Below the pieces are notes generated by a model that was not told the origin of the DNA, searched no databases, and saw only the letters and a list, made by a program, of their open reading frames with translations. Made by a program: the position numbers and the translations under genes. DNA of 64,000 nt, from contig JBAMMA010000019.1 of the NCBI GenBank assembly GCA_039794005.1, positions 12,462 through 76,461 of the forward strand. Direction: 5' to 3'. Below, piece by piece: positions 1-10,000 of this stretch. Each line of letters opens with the position of its first letter. Position 1 is the stretch's first letter. Source of the stretch: Thermoplasmata archaeon (GTDB lineage: Archaea > Thermoplasmatota > Thermoplasmata > Thermoplasmatales > ARK-15).

Positions 1-1711
1 CATCGATTGCAGCTTCTACTTTTGCGGTTACTCCTCCAACAGGCAAAACATATCCTCTTATTGTTAAGGAACCAGTCATAGCTACGGATTGATCAATAGG
101 AATATTTTCTAAGGCGGAAATAACGGCAGTTGCAATGGATATGCTCGCTGAATCGCCTTCAACACCTTCATATGTTCCTATGAATTGTATGTGAACATCA
201 AGATTTGATATATCTTCTCCACTATATTTTTTAATTATTGCGGAAACGTTCTGTACAGCTTCTTTTGCAATTTCACCCAGCTTTCCAGTCGCTATTATTC
301 TTCCCTGATTTTTATTCTGGGCCGGAGTTATTTCTGCTACAATTGGCAAAACTGTTCCAGAAAATTCACTCATGCCGGAATTTGCGCTGTACACAGCTAA
401 ACCATTTACGGTCCCAACAACATATCCCTCAGTTAAAAATGTATTGTATATCTTCTTATTTTCTAACATTCTATCTACAATTTTCTGCTCAAGGGGCTTT
501 GAGGTCTGCTTTGCTTTTATCACGTGCTCAACCCTAACAACATCCGATTTTTCAGACTTTGCAATATCTCCTGCAGCTCTTACGAGACCACCAAGCTCCC
601 TAAGCCTTAGGGTTAATCTACCCTTTCTTCCCGCTCTCCTCTGTGCCTCTTTTATGATTTCTGCCACGGCCATCTTATCAAAATGGGGTATCTTTCCATC
701 CTTTACTACCTCCTGAGCTATGAACCTTATTAAATTTTTCCTGTTTTCATCATTATCTTCCATGCTGTTGTTCATGTAAATTTCATAACCGTAACCTCTA
801 ATCCTTGATCTTAATGCTGGATGCATACCTTGGAGTGAATCCAAATTACCGGCAGCAACAAGTATGAAATCACAAGGAACGGGTTCAGTTTGAACCAATG
901 CACCAGCACTTCTTTCACTCTGCCCCGTAATTGGAAACTTTTTTTCCTGCATTGCTGTGAGCAACGCCTGCTGACTCTCAGGCCTCAATAGATTGATTTC
1001 ATCTATGAATAATACTCCCCTGTGAGCTTTATGTATTGCCCCTGCCTCGACTCTGACATGGGCAGGAGTTTCCAGTCCACCAGATTGAAAAGGATCGTGT
1101 CTAACATCTCCTAACAATGCTCCAGTATGTGCTCCAGTCGCATCTATAAATGGAGGCTTGTCATTTTGTTCATGGCCTACAAGCAACTTTGGCGTATGAT
1201 ATTGTTCGGTCCTCTGAACTGCAATTCCTAAAAACATCCACAAAAATATTACAAGTATTATACTCATGAATAAAACGTTTAAATCTTTAGTAACAACATA
1301 TCCTATAATTCCCAATAACAATAAACCAAACAAAACCAATTGCAATGTTCTTTGTCTCAAAAGTCTTTCTTCCTTTGCCCTTTCCTGCATTTGCCTTACC
1401 AATTCTTTTCCTTTACCAGCAGGAAGCGTTTTAATTTTTGGCCTATTTGGATCCTCTTCATTTGGAAATACAAGAATATCTTCCAATTCTTCTTGAGGAA
1501 GAAAATCAACCATTGATTGTGCAAGCATCGATTTTCCAGTTCCCGGATCTCCTATAAGAATAACATGTCTTTTTTGCACAGCGGCTTTTTTTATGATTTC
1601 CACTGCCTCATCCTGACCGATAACCTGATCTATTAACTTAGATGGAACAGGTATATCCGCCGTTGAATTGAAATTCTGCTTTTTTATCCACTCATCAACC
1701 GGTTCTTCCAT
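1..1711 (-). CDS. lonB: ATP-dependent protease LonB, archaeal membrane-anchored (3' end runs off the window)
   Basis: Manual translation from ATG at 1711: [23 protein letters not shown]...QVIGQDEAV...[14 protein letters not shown] (Walker A). A hydrophobic TM segment follows, then LFIDEIN (Walker B), EGDSASIS (catalytic Ser) and [11 protein letters not shown] (catalytic Lys). Not in the ORF track because the stop lies outside the window. Confidence 0.95.
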   Translation of the reverse strand, partial: MEEPVDEWIKKQNFNSTADIPVPSKLIDQVIGQDEAVEIIKKAAVQKRHVILIGDPGTGKSMLAQSMVDFLPQEELEDILVFPNEEDPNRPKIKTLPAGKGKELVRQMQERAKEERLLRQRTLQLVLFGLLLLGIIGYVVTKDLNVLFMSIILVIFLWMFLGIAVQRTEQYHTPKLLVGHEQNDKPPFIDATGAHTGALLGDVRHDPFQSGGLETPAHVRVEAGAIHKAHRGVLFIDEINLLRPESQQALLTAMQEKKFPITGQSERSAGALVQTEPVPCDFILVAAGNLDSLQGMHPALRSRIRGYGYEIYMNNSMEDNDENRKNLIRFIAQEVVKDGKIPHFDKMAVAEIIKEAQRRAGRKGRLTLRLRELGGLVRAAGDIAKSEKSDVVRVEHVIKAKQTSKPLEQKIVDRMLENKKIYNTFLTEGYVVGTVNGLAVYSANSGMSEFSGTVLPIVAEITPAQNKNQGRIIATGKLGEIAKEAVQNVSAIIKKYSGEDISNLDVHIQFIGTYEGVEGDSASISIATAVISALENIPIDQSVAMTGSLTIRGYVLPVGGVTAKVEAAID

Positions 1712-1753
1712 TTTAAAATTACAAAAAATATTAAGATTTAAAATTTTTTGTCG

Positions 1754-2803
1754 TTACATCATATATTCATCTTTTTGTAAATCCTCTTCTTTTGGCTTCA
1801 ATTCACCATTCATTATTTGTTCTGCAAAATGACATGCCACAAAATGGCCGGGCTTTACTTCCCTCAGTTCGGGTTCCTTTACATCACAAATACCCTTTTG
1901 TGCATATACACATCTAGTTATGAATTTGCATCCGGGTGGAACATTTATTGGGCTAGGTATTTCTCCTTTAATTAATACCCTTTCATGCTTTCTATCAGGA
2001 TCAGGAACTGGAATCGCTGCCACGAGTGACCTTGTATATGGATGGAGAGGATCAAATATTACATCTTCTGATGATCCATATTCGACTATCTTTCCTAGGT
2101 ACATTACAAATATTCTATCGCTCATATATCTTGCTACGGCAATGTCGTGAGTTATGAAAATGAATGGTATCCTTAATTTTTCTCTTAAATCCAACATTAA
2201 ATTTAAAACACCAGCCCTAATTGATACGTCTAACATTGATACTGGCTCATCTGCAACTATGAATTTTGGACTTGTCACAAGTGCTCTTGCAATTGCAATC
2301 CTTTGCCTTTGACCTCCAGATACCTCGTGCGGATATCTGCCCAAATATTCTTCACCGGGTTTTAAACCTGCATCTTCAAGTGCCCTTATGACTATGTCTA
2401 CCCTTTCCTCAAATGTATCTCCTATTTTATGAATTATCAATGGTTCCATCAACGTTTTCAAAATTGTAAACCTGGGATTTAGAGACTCATATGGATCTTG
2501 AAATACCATTTGAACATTCTTTCTAAATTCTTTGAGTTTATTACCTTTCAATTCTGATATGTCTGTTCCTTCAAAATATATTTTTCCGGATGTTGGTCTT
2601 TCCAATAAAACTAACATTCTGCCCGTGGTAGTTTTTCCGGATCCTGTCTCCCCTACGATACCAATAATTTCTCCTTCATGCAATTCAAAAGAAATACCGT
2701 CTACAGCCTTTACGGTTAAGGATGGACCAAATGAAAGAATGCCTTTGTGTAATTCATAGTATTTTTTTACATTTTCGACCTTAACTACTGTATTCCCAAT
2801 CAT
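1754..2803 (-). CDS. oppF: Oligopeptide/dipeptide ABC transporter ATP-binding subunit (OppF/DppF)
   Basis: GETGSGKT Walker A, YPHEVSGGQRQR signature, ADEPVSMLD, HPYT and a C-terminal GC-F-RC...VACH domain. Confidence 0.93.
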   Translation of the reverse strand: MIGNTVVKVENVKKYYELHKGILSFGPSLTVKAVDGISFELHEGEIIGIVGETGSGKTTTGRMLVLLERPTSGKIYFEGTDISELKGNKLKEFRKNVQMVFQDPYESLNPRFTILKTLMEPLIIHKIGDTFEERVDIVIRALEDAGLKPGEEYLGRYPHEVSGGQRQRIAIARALVTSPKFIVADEPVSMLDVSIRAGVLNLMLDLREKLRIPFIFITHDIAVARYMSDRIFVMYLGKIVEYGSSEDVIFDPLHPYTRSLVAAIPVPDPDRKHERVLIKGEIPSPINVPPGCKFITRCVYAQKGICDVKEPELREVKPGHFVACHFAEQIMNGELKPKEEDLQKDEYMM

Positions 2804-2805
2804 TT

Positions 2806-3816
2806 TTATTTACCCCCATATATTGATGTTGCAAAATGGCATGCTGAATAATGTCCTGGTGATATTTCTATGAGTGGAGGACTCTTTTCTGCGCATATTT
2901 CCCTAGCGTATGGACACCTGGGATGGAACCTACATCCCTTTGGAGGATTCGCTAAATCTGGTGGTGAACCTGGTATAAATGATAACCTTTTTTTCTCACC
3001 AAAAAGGTTTGGGAATGAATTTAACAATCCTTCAGTGTATGGATGGGCATAGTGTTTAAAAACTTCCCTTGTTGTGCCCTTTTCAACAACTTGGCCTGCA
3101 TACATTACAGCAATTTTATGGGATACTTCGGCCACCACAGATACATCATGAGTTATTAATATCATGGCCATGCCTAACTTTTTCTGCAAATCTATAATTT
3201 CCTTTAATATTCTGTCCTGTGTTATTACATCTACAGCGGTTGTGGGCTCATCTGCCAATACTAGTTTAGGCCTTAATGCCAATGCCATAGCTATCATAGC
3301 TCTTTGCTTCATACCACCACTATATTCGTGAGGATAGTTGTTGATTCTATCCCTAGGTATTCCAACAAAATCATAAAGTTCAATGACCCTTCTTTCCAAC
3401 TCCTCCTCAGACATATCTGGTTCATGTGCTAATATTGCCTCCTTTATTTGATCTCCAACCTTATAAACAGGATTGAAAGCATTTAGAGATGCTTGAAATA
3501 TCATCGAAATTTCTTTCCACCTTATCTTTCTAATGTTTTCATCATAAACATTCAATGTACCATCAGGTTTCAATGTATATTTAAACAAATCTTGATCATT
3601 GAATATTATTTTTCCTTTTTTGATATATGCATTGTTTGGCAATAATTGAGTAATTGCATAAGCCAATGTGGATTTTCCTGATCCAGATTCACCAACTAGT
3701 CCTAAAGTTTCACCTGAGTCCAATTCTATGGAAACATCATCAACAGCCCTTACCCAATTACCATAAATTTTGTAATGGACTGATAAATCTTCAACTTTGA
3801 GTAATACCATCCTCAT
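2806..3816 (-). CDS. oppD: Oligopeptide/dipeptide ABC transporter ATP-binding subunit (OppD/DppD)
   Basis: GESGSGKS, YPHEYSGGMKQR, ADEPTTAVD, GCRFHPRC; start could be 3810. Confidence 0.93.
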   Translation of the reverse strand: MRMVLLKVEDLSVHYKIYGNWVRAVDDVSIELDSGETLGLVGESGSGKSTLAYAITQLLPNNAYIKKGKIIFNDQDLFKYTLKPDGTLNVYDENIRKIRWKEISMIFQASLNAFNPVYKVGDQIKEAILAHEPDMSEEELERRVIELYDFVGIPRDRINNYPHEYSGGMKQRAMIAMALALRPKLVLADEPTTAVDVITQDRILKEIIDLQKKLGMAMILITHDVSVVAEVSHKIAVMYAGQVVEKGTTREVFKHYAHPYTEGLLNSFPNLFGEKKRLSFIPGSPPDLANPPKGCRFHPRCPYAREICAEKSPPLIEISPGHYSACHFATSIYGGK

Positions 3817-6065
3817 CTCCTCCTCAATCTAGGATTGATTATTTCATCGAACGCCCTTCCTACAAAGTAAAATGCCATGGATAAGAATGTTATGGCAAGT
3901 CCAGGTGGAATAAGCCACCATGGTGCTCTTAATACATTACCTGTAGTCCAAATATATTGAAGCATCATTCCCCAAGTTATTGCGTGTGGATCTCCGAATC
4001 CCAAAAATGCCAGGGATGCCTCGGTAATAATAGCACCACTAACCCCAAAACTCATAAACAAAAATGTCAGCGGGAGAATATTTGGCATTATGTGTATAAA
4101 CATTATTCTAAGATTTGATGCACCTGATATTCTGGCAGAATCAACGAAGGCCCTAGATTTTAAACTCATCGCCTGTGCCCTGATAATCCTTGTTATACCT
4201 GACCAACCTAAAATTGCAATTACCAAGATAACATTCCAAATAGAAGGACCGAGAATTTCAACCAGAAGGAGCATTATAACAAGGCTTGGCAATGATAAGA
4301 ATATATCTGTCACTCTCATTGCTATTATATCTACTAAACCACCATAATATCCAGATATTAGACCTATAAATGTACCAAGAAGTACTGAAGAAGCTGCAGC
4401 AACAAGTCCAACAATCAACTCTGCCCTAGCTCCATAGACAATCCATGTCCAAATATCATGCCCATAAAGATCGGTACCCATAATATAAACATTATCACTT
4501 TTATATTTTCCAGGTGGCAATGGTGCAATATCTGTACCTAGCGTCATTTGTAAATATAATTTATTATTATTTGTAATTACTCCATAATAGTAACCTAATG
4601 ATGATTGATATGTAATTACATTACCCAAACCGCTTATTGGTGTTCTCATACCACCAGGGATTGAAAAGGTTTGATTTAAATGCATGTTGTTGTTAAAAAC
4701 AAAAACTCCTAAATTCGTTGACAAAATTATCATGTCTGAACCAATATCATAAATAGGTTTTGAATTCACATATCCATCTATTATATTATAAAATTGCCCC
4801 TTTCCCAATATTTTTCCAGTATATTGGTCTATAATTGCAACTATTGAGCTTGATGATGTGTATGCCCAAACAACTGGCATGTTTCCCATGTTTCCTGCTA
4901 TCCCTTGCAAGGTATATTTTTCTACAGAAGAATTTGATATTACGAATGGTGTAATGTACATTACTGATCCGTTTAACCTATTTATACCAATTATATTGTT
5001 ATTTGATGTCATAAGAATAATGTTCTGATTCGGATATTCTGAGGGCAAATTATTTGAATATGTAAGGCTTTGTGGATAAATATTTGTTACTGTATTATTA
5101 TAATTTATTGAATAATTTAAATGCCATGCCAAGTGAGGTTGTGAGACATTTTGAGGGATATTTAAACCATAGCTAAGATATGTTTTGTTAAACTCCATTG
5201 GAAATACATATGAATACAATCCAACTTTTGTTGGTATTATGGCCATTGTGGAATTTAAATCTGAAGGATTTATATATAATAAAATATTATTAATTATTGG
5301 CGAATTTAATTTTAATGTGACAATGCTTAAAGGATTTATATGGACTACCCCGAGGAGCATACCGTTCAATGATAACTGAGAATTGTAGAAAAACAATACC
5401 TTGACTTCTGTTCCATTCGCAATTGCAATGGCACTTAATTGACCTGCATGTGGCAATTGATATGGGTTGTTATAAAATTCACTCCTAAAATCAATGTTTT
5501 TATTTAGATTAAAATTATAAATTTGTTTAAAGTTATTATCCAATATATAGAATGATGTATTTGTAAATCCATAATAAACTATTGATTTTGGTGCAGAGAA
5601 ATATTTGATATACATAGCTGTCTGACCCATGTAATTTGTTCCCTTTGGTATTGAATAATATGTCGGAGATGATAAATTAATTTTCAGTACATTGTTTATA
5701 TAGGTATAACTCACATTAAAAATTGCTGCATTTCCCTGATCATTATAAACTAAAACTGCCTTCAAATATTGATTTGCACCTTGTGAAGATGTGTATGGTA
5801 TAATTCCGACAGGTGGTTTATCCCATACAACATTGTTTGAAAGATTTGTAATATATATATCACCCCTAATCACATCTATAGATGGTGCCTTAAATTCTGG
5901 TGTGTATGGTGTTAAATAAGGTGCAAATACAGCCATAATAACAAATATTATTATCATTATTAATCCGGCCATACCCATTCTGCTTTTTGTATAAATTTTC
6001 CATCCATTTTTTAAAGATCTTATAAAAGCCTTCCTCTGTTCATTCCACCCTCTTTTCTTTACCAT
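3813..6065 (-). CDS. oppC: Oligopeptide ABC permease OppC/DppC with a large extracytoplasmic insertion
   Basis: OppC N-terminal TM helix, then a ~450-aa beta-rich insert. The core has MGTDLYGHD, GLISGYYGG, an EAA-like FVDSARISGAS...HIMPN, EASLAFLGFG and INPRLR. Confidence 0.9.
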   Translation of the reverse strand: MVKKRGWNEQRKAFIRSLKNGWKIYTKSRMGMAGLIMIIIFVIMAVFAPYLTPYTPEFKAPSIDVIRGDIYITNLSNNVVWDKPPVGIIPYTSSQGANQYLKAVLVYNDQGNAAIFNVSYTYINNVLKINLSSPTYYSIPKGTNYMGQTAMYIKYFSAPKSIVYYGFTNTSFYILDNNFKQIYNFNLNKNIDFRSEFYNNPYQLPHAGQLSAIAIANGTEVKVLFFYNSQLSLNGMLLGVVHINPLSIVTLKLNSPIINNILLYINPSDLNSTMAIIPTKVGLYSYVFPMEFNKTYLSYGLNIPQNVSQPHLAWHLNYSINYNNTVTNIYPQSLTYSNNLPSEYPNQNIILMTSNNNIIGINRLNGSVMYITPFVISNSSVEKYTLQGIAGNMGNMPVVWAYTSSSSIVAIIDQYTGKILGKGQFYNIIDGYVNSKPIYDIGSDMIILSTNLGVFVFNNNMHLNQTFSIPGGMRTPISGLGNVITYQSSLGYYYGVITNNNKLYLQMTLGTDIAPLPPGKYKSDNVYIMGTDLYGHDIWTWIVYGARAELIVGLVAAASSVLLGTFIGLISGYYGGLVDIIAMRVTDIFLSLPSLVIMLLLVEILGPSIWNVILVIAILGWSGITRIIRAQAMSLKSRAFVDSARISGASNLRIMFIHIMPNILPLTFLFMSFGVSGAIITEASLAFLGFGDPHAITWGMMLQYIWTTGNVLRAPWWLIPPGLAITFLSMAFYFVGRAFDEIINPRLRRR

Positions 6066-6075
6066 AATCTACACC

Positions 6076-7071
6076 TCATTCTACTCTCACTCTAGGATCG
6101 AGATAACCGTAAATTATATCTGCAATCCAATTGAATATTATAACTAACAATGAGATTATTATTACAGTTGCTTCTATAACGGGATAATCCAGTGAATTAA
6201 GAGCCTTAATATATAAGAGTCCTACTCCAAAATAGCTAAATACAGTCTCTGTTAAAACACCGCCACCAATTGCAAACGCCATTGATATTATGAAACTTGT
6301 TACTAAAGGTAATAAAGCATTTCTAGCAGCATGCTTAAACAATACCTCTTTTTCTGTTAACCCTTTTGCAATTGCAACATCGATATAATTTTCACCAATT
6401 ACATCTAACATTGATGTTCTCATCAACAAGACATTTCCGGCAAAGAATATTAAAACAAGAACAATTAATGGAAGAGCTGCATGCCATAAATAATCTAGAG
6501 CAACCCAAAATATATTGTTTGGTGCATTCCAACCAAATATCTTGTCTGTTGCATCAAAAAATCCACCTAATGGAAATAGTTTTAATTCAAATGAAAATAT
6601 AAATATAAAAATCATTCCTACCCAATATGTTGGCATGTTATAGAAAAACAAACCAATTACAACATTAGATGCATCCAATATGCCCCCTCTTCTCCATGCA
6701 ATTATAGCACCAACAAAATAACCAATTATATAAGATATTATTGTTGCTAAACCAAACAAAAATAGAGTTCTTGGAACTGTTTGTGCTAAAAGATTTGAAA
6801 CAGGAACACCATAAACAAAAGAGTATCCATAATTGAACGTGAATACTTGCATTAAATAATTTTCAAATTGCACCCACCATGGCTGGTTTAAACCATATAA
6901 TCTCACTACAAATTCCTTCTGTGAGGGTGTCAATTGTGGATTTAATGATAATAAGGTCCCAAAATTTACTGGTAAAACATGAAGCAAGAAAAATAAGGAT
7001 ATTACAATTATTATAAACGTGACAAAACTCTGTATTGACCTCATAACCCAATATTTTGATAAACCTGCCAT
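6076..7071 (-). CDS. oppB: Oligopeptide ABC permease OppB/DppB
   Basis: YGLNQP, PRTL, AIAKGL...KHAARNA, ETVFSYFGVG, LDYP, YLDPRV; SD GAGGTG upstream. Confidence 0.93.
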   Translation of the reverse strand: MAGLSKYWVMRSIQSFVTFIIIVISLFFLLHVLPVNFGTLLSLNPQLTPSQKEFVVRLYGLNQPWWVQFENYLMQVFTFNYGYSFVYGVPVSNLLAQTVPRTLFLFGLATIISYIIGYFVGAIIAWRRGGILDASNVVIGLFFYNMPTYWVGMIFIFIFSFELKLFPLGGFFDATDKIFGWNAPNNIFWVALDYLWHAALPLIVLVLIFFAGNVLLMRTSMLDVIGENYIDVAIAKGLTEKEVLFKHAARNALLPLVTSFIISMAFAIGGGVLTETVFSYFGVGLLYIKALNSLDYPVIEATVIIISLLVIIFNWIADIIYGYLDPRVRVE

Positions 7072-7081
7072 ATAAACACCT

Positions 7082-7099
7082 CAAAAAAAATTAAAAAAT
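7082..7099 (-). terminator. Candidate archaeal poly-T terminator between the SBP gene and oppB
   Basis: The minus strand carries two T runs directly after the SBP stop codon; function is inferred. Confidence 0.4.
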
Positions 7100-10000
7100 T
7101 TAGGAGGTTTGATTTCCTCCTGTGCTTGTTGTTTCAGGTTTTTTAGGTTTTCTAAATGCCAGTACTATTGCTACTATCGCTAAAATTAATGCTAAAATTG
7201 AAACAGATATTGCAGTATTCATTGATCCCTGAGCTGAAGATATTGTCGATTTAACATTTTCAGAAGTGTTTGTTAATGATTGTGAAATCTTTGTAACTGT
7301 GTTGTTCAAATCTGCAACGGTGGCATATTGACTTGGCTGATAATAGAAGAATTCTGGAACAATTATATTTACATTGTTGTTATCCGTCAAGTTTAAGAAT
7401 ACAGCATTTAATCCAGAATAGAATCCGGAAACATTTGCATACCACTGATATATACCTGGAGATATTTCAGTATATGTAACATTGAATGGATTCATTGGAT
7501 TATCTAGGTATAATACAACATTTTTGATTCCTGAAGGTGCCCATATCATTCCTTTTATTGTATAACTTGAATTTGTCAATACCTGTGAAGGCATAAGATT
7601 AATGTATTGAGCACTTGGCTGTGGTGCATAAGATACAAGTGTAAGATAATAGACACCACCAAAGACATTTCCTGATAATTTAATTATGACTGTATCAATA
7701 GTGAATGGATTTCCATTAACTGTAGTGTTTACAGGGGTTATATAATATGTCGTTTCTCCAATATTATTTGTAAGGCCAGATCCAATGACATTTCCGGTAG
7801 AGGATGTAACAGATATTTGAGATTTTGAAAGTGGATTTCCATATTGATCATATGCATTTACTGTTAATATCGCTGTTGAATTGTATGGCAATGTATATAC
7901 ATTAGAAGAGACATATAACAATCCCTGATAAGGTACAACTATAATATTAATACCTTGTACAATTGAAGCTATTCCCCATGCATTCTGCGCTGTTGGTTTA
8001 GGATATGCTGGCATATAGTTCCATCCAACATACATAGCATCCTGCAACAATGACGTTGTACCCTTCAAAGGTAATGTTGCATATACCATTCCATTTGAAT
8101 TTGTAGTATATGTATAAACTGGTTGAATACCTAAATTACCGAATGGTAAGACGAAGTTTATGAATGATGGATTTGAAACAAATAGTTTTGAATAGAATGA
8201 AAGACTCTGATTTACCTGGGGTGTATCAGTTGCATTGACTAATTTTGCATATACGTTAATGCTGCCTCCACTAAATCCGAATGAATTGTTTACATTGATA
8301 ATCGCAATTCTGACATCCATTGCTCTCTGTACTACTATTTGATTTGTTAGATATTCTGAACCCATTATGTAGAAATTACCATTCGCTATAACACCTGGAG
8401 GATATATTCCACTCGTATATGGATAATACGCATAGGCATAAGGTATTGCATATAAGTCTATTTTAGTGTCCATTAATGGAGAAACTAAACCTGGTAGATA
8501 GAATGTTCCAACACCATTTGTTATATATGAATCATCTACATAAATACCATATCCATATAATACATAATCGGATGCTGTTGATCCGAGATATGGATCTTCA
8601 ATTTGATTATCAAGCTGGCTTTCAAATACTCCTGACATTGTTGGTAATATTCCCATGTATGTTGTATTTAGATTAATACCTACCAATTCCCATAGAGAAT
8701 TCATGTATCCTTGAGGAATTCCTGTGCCAGAATAATTAGTGGTCCAATTAGGATCATACAATCCCAATAATGAACCTGTTGTTGATGCAGTTACAATGAA
8801 TCCAATTGGTATTGTGCCATTTACTGGCATGTTATATGAATTAAAGAGATGCACAACAAACGCATGCATTTTTTCATTTACGTTTACAAAGTTACTATTC
8901 ATGCCCGTATTTGTGTTATATAATGATATATAACCACCGTACAAGTTTGTTGGTGTAACTCCATTAACATAAGCAATTGTTAAACTATCTGAAATAAGAT
9001 ATTCTGATGAATCTATAAATGTGATAGATATTCCAGCTGTTTTAAGTCCAGGCTTAAAGGTTATTGTAATGTTAGTATATCCAAATAAATTGGTTATGCC
9101 ATATGTATAGTTTTCAATATACGTTGAGTTTGATGCCGATATACCAATTTTCATTCCGCTAATAGGATTACCGTTTATATTTACAGCCTGAACTTCGACT
9201 GTTGTCTTCAAATCATTCTGATTTACAAAGTAATTTGTTGCTCCGATAATATGTATTTGATCCCAATTGCTTGGATATGGATTATAATCAAACACTGTTA
9301 AACTAATCTGGTTTTCAACTGTATAACCTGGTGCTTTTGCAGATATAAATAATTTACCGTCCAAATTTCTATTAGCATAAGTGTTTTTCATTTCGCTAAC
9401 TGATGGGGCTGAATAAACGAAAGTTGCAATACCATTTGCATTGGTATAATTATACAAAGGATATATATTACCAAAACCAATAAGATTTGAAGCAATTGAT
9501 ATATTGGCTCCAGATACAGGCTTTCCATATTGATTAACAGCTTTAACTTTAACCAATGTGGTTTCTCCTGGCATAAGAGATGGTGTTGAAACACTTGCAG
9601 TAATGAATAATATATTTGGCACAAATTGGACAACTTCAATTTGCTGTATTGCTGATGCACTCATATTTGAATAAGATACATTTGCTTTCAGTGTTAAAAA
9701 TCCAGGAACTGATCCTGTAATATATGTTGTAAACATTCCGTTCATATTTGTGTATCCAGATGAAGATCCAATTATTACAGATCCATTACCATATTGTGTT
9801 AACTTAACATAAGCATTTGGAACAGGCAAACCAAAATTATTTGTAACTAAAACAGAGATGGGAACGCTTGATGCAGATGTGGATATTCCAAATCCAGGTT
9901 GATTAATTAAAACCTTTTGTGATCCTATAATTACAGCATTAATTGATTCTACCTGTTTTGGATATACAATATTTCCTACCTTTTGCTGAATGACTGTTGT

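Noticed and set aside
238-1496. Plus-strand ORFs 238-537, 372-716 and 1266-1496
   Set aside because: Antisense shadows of lonB, which the ORF track missed because its stop is outside the window
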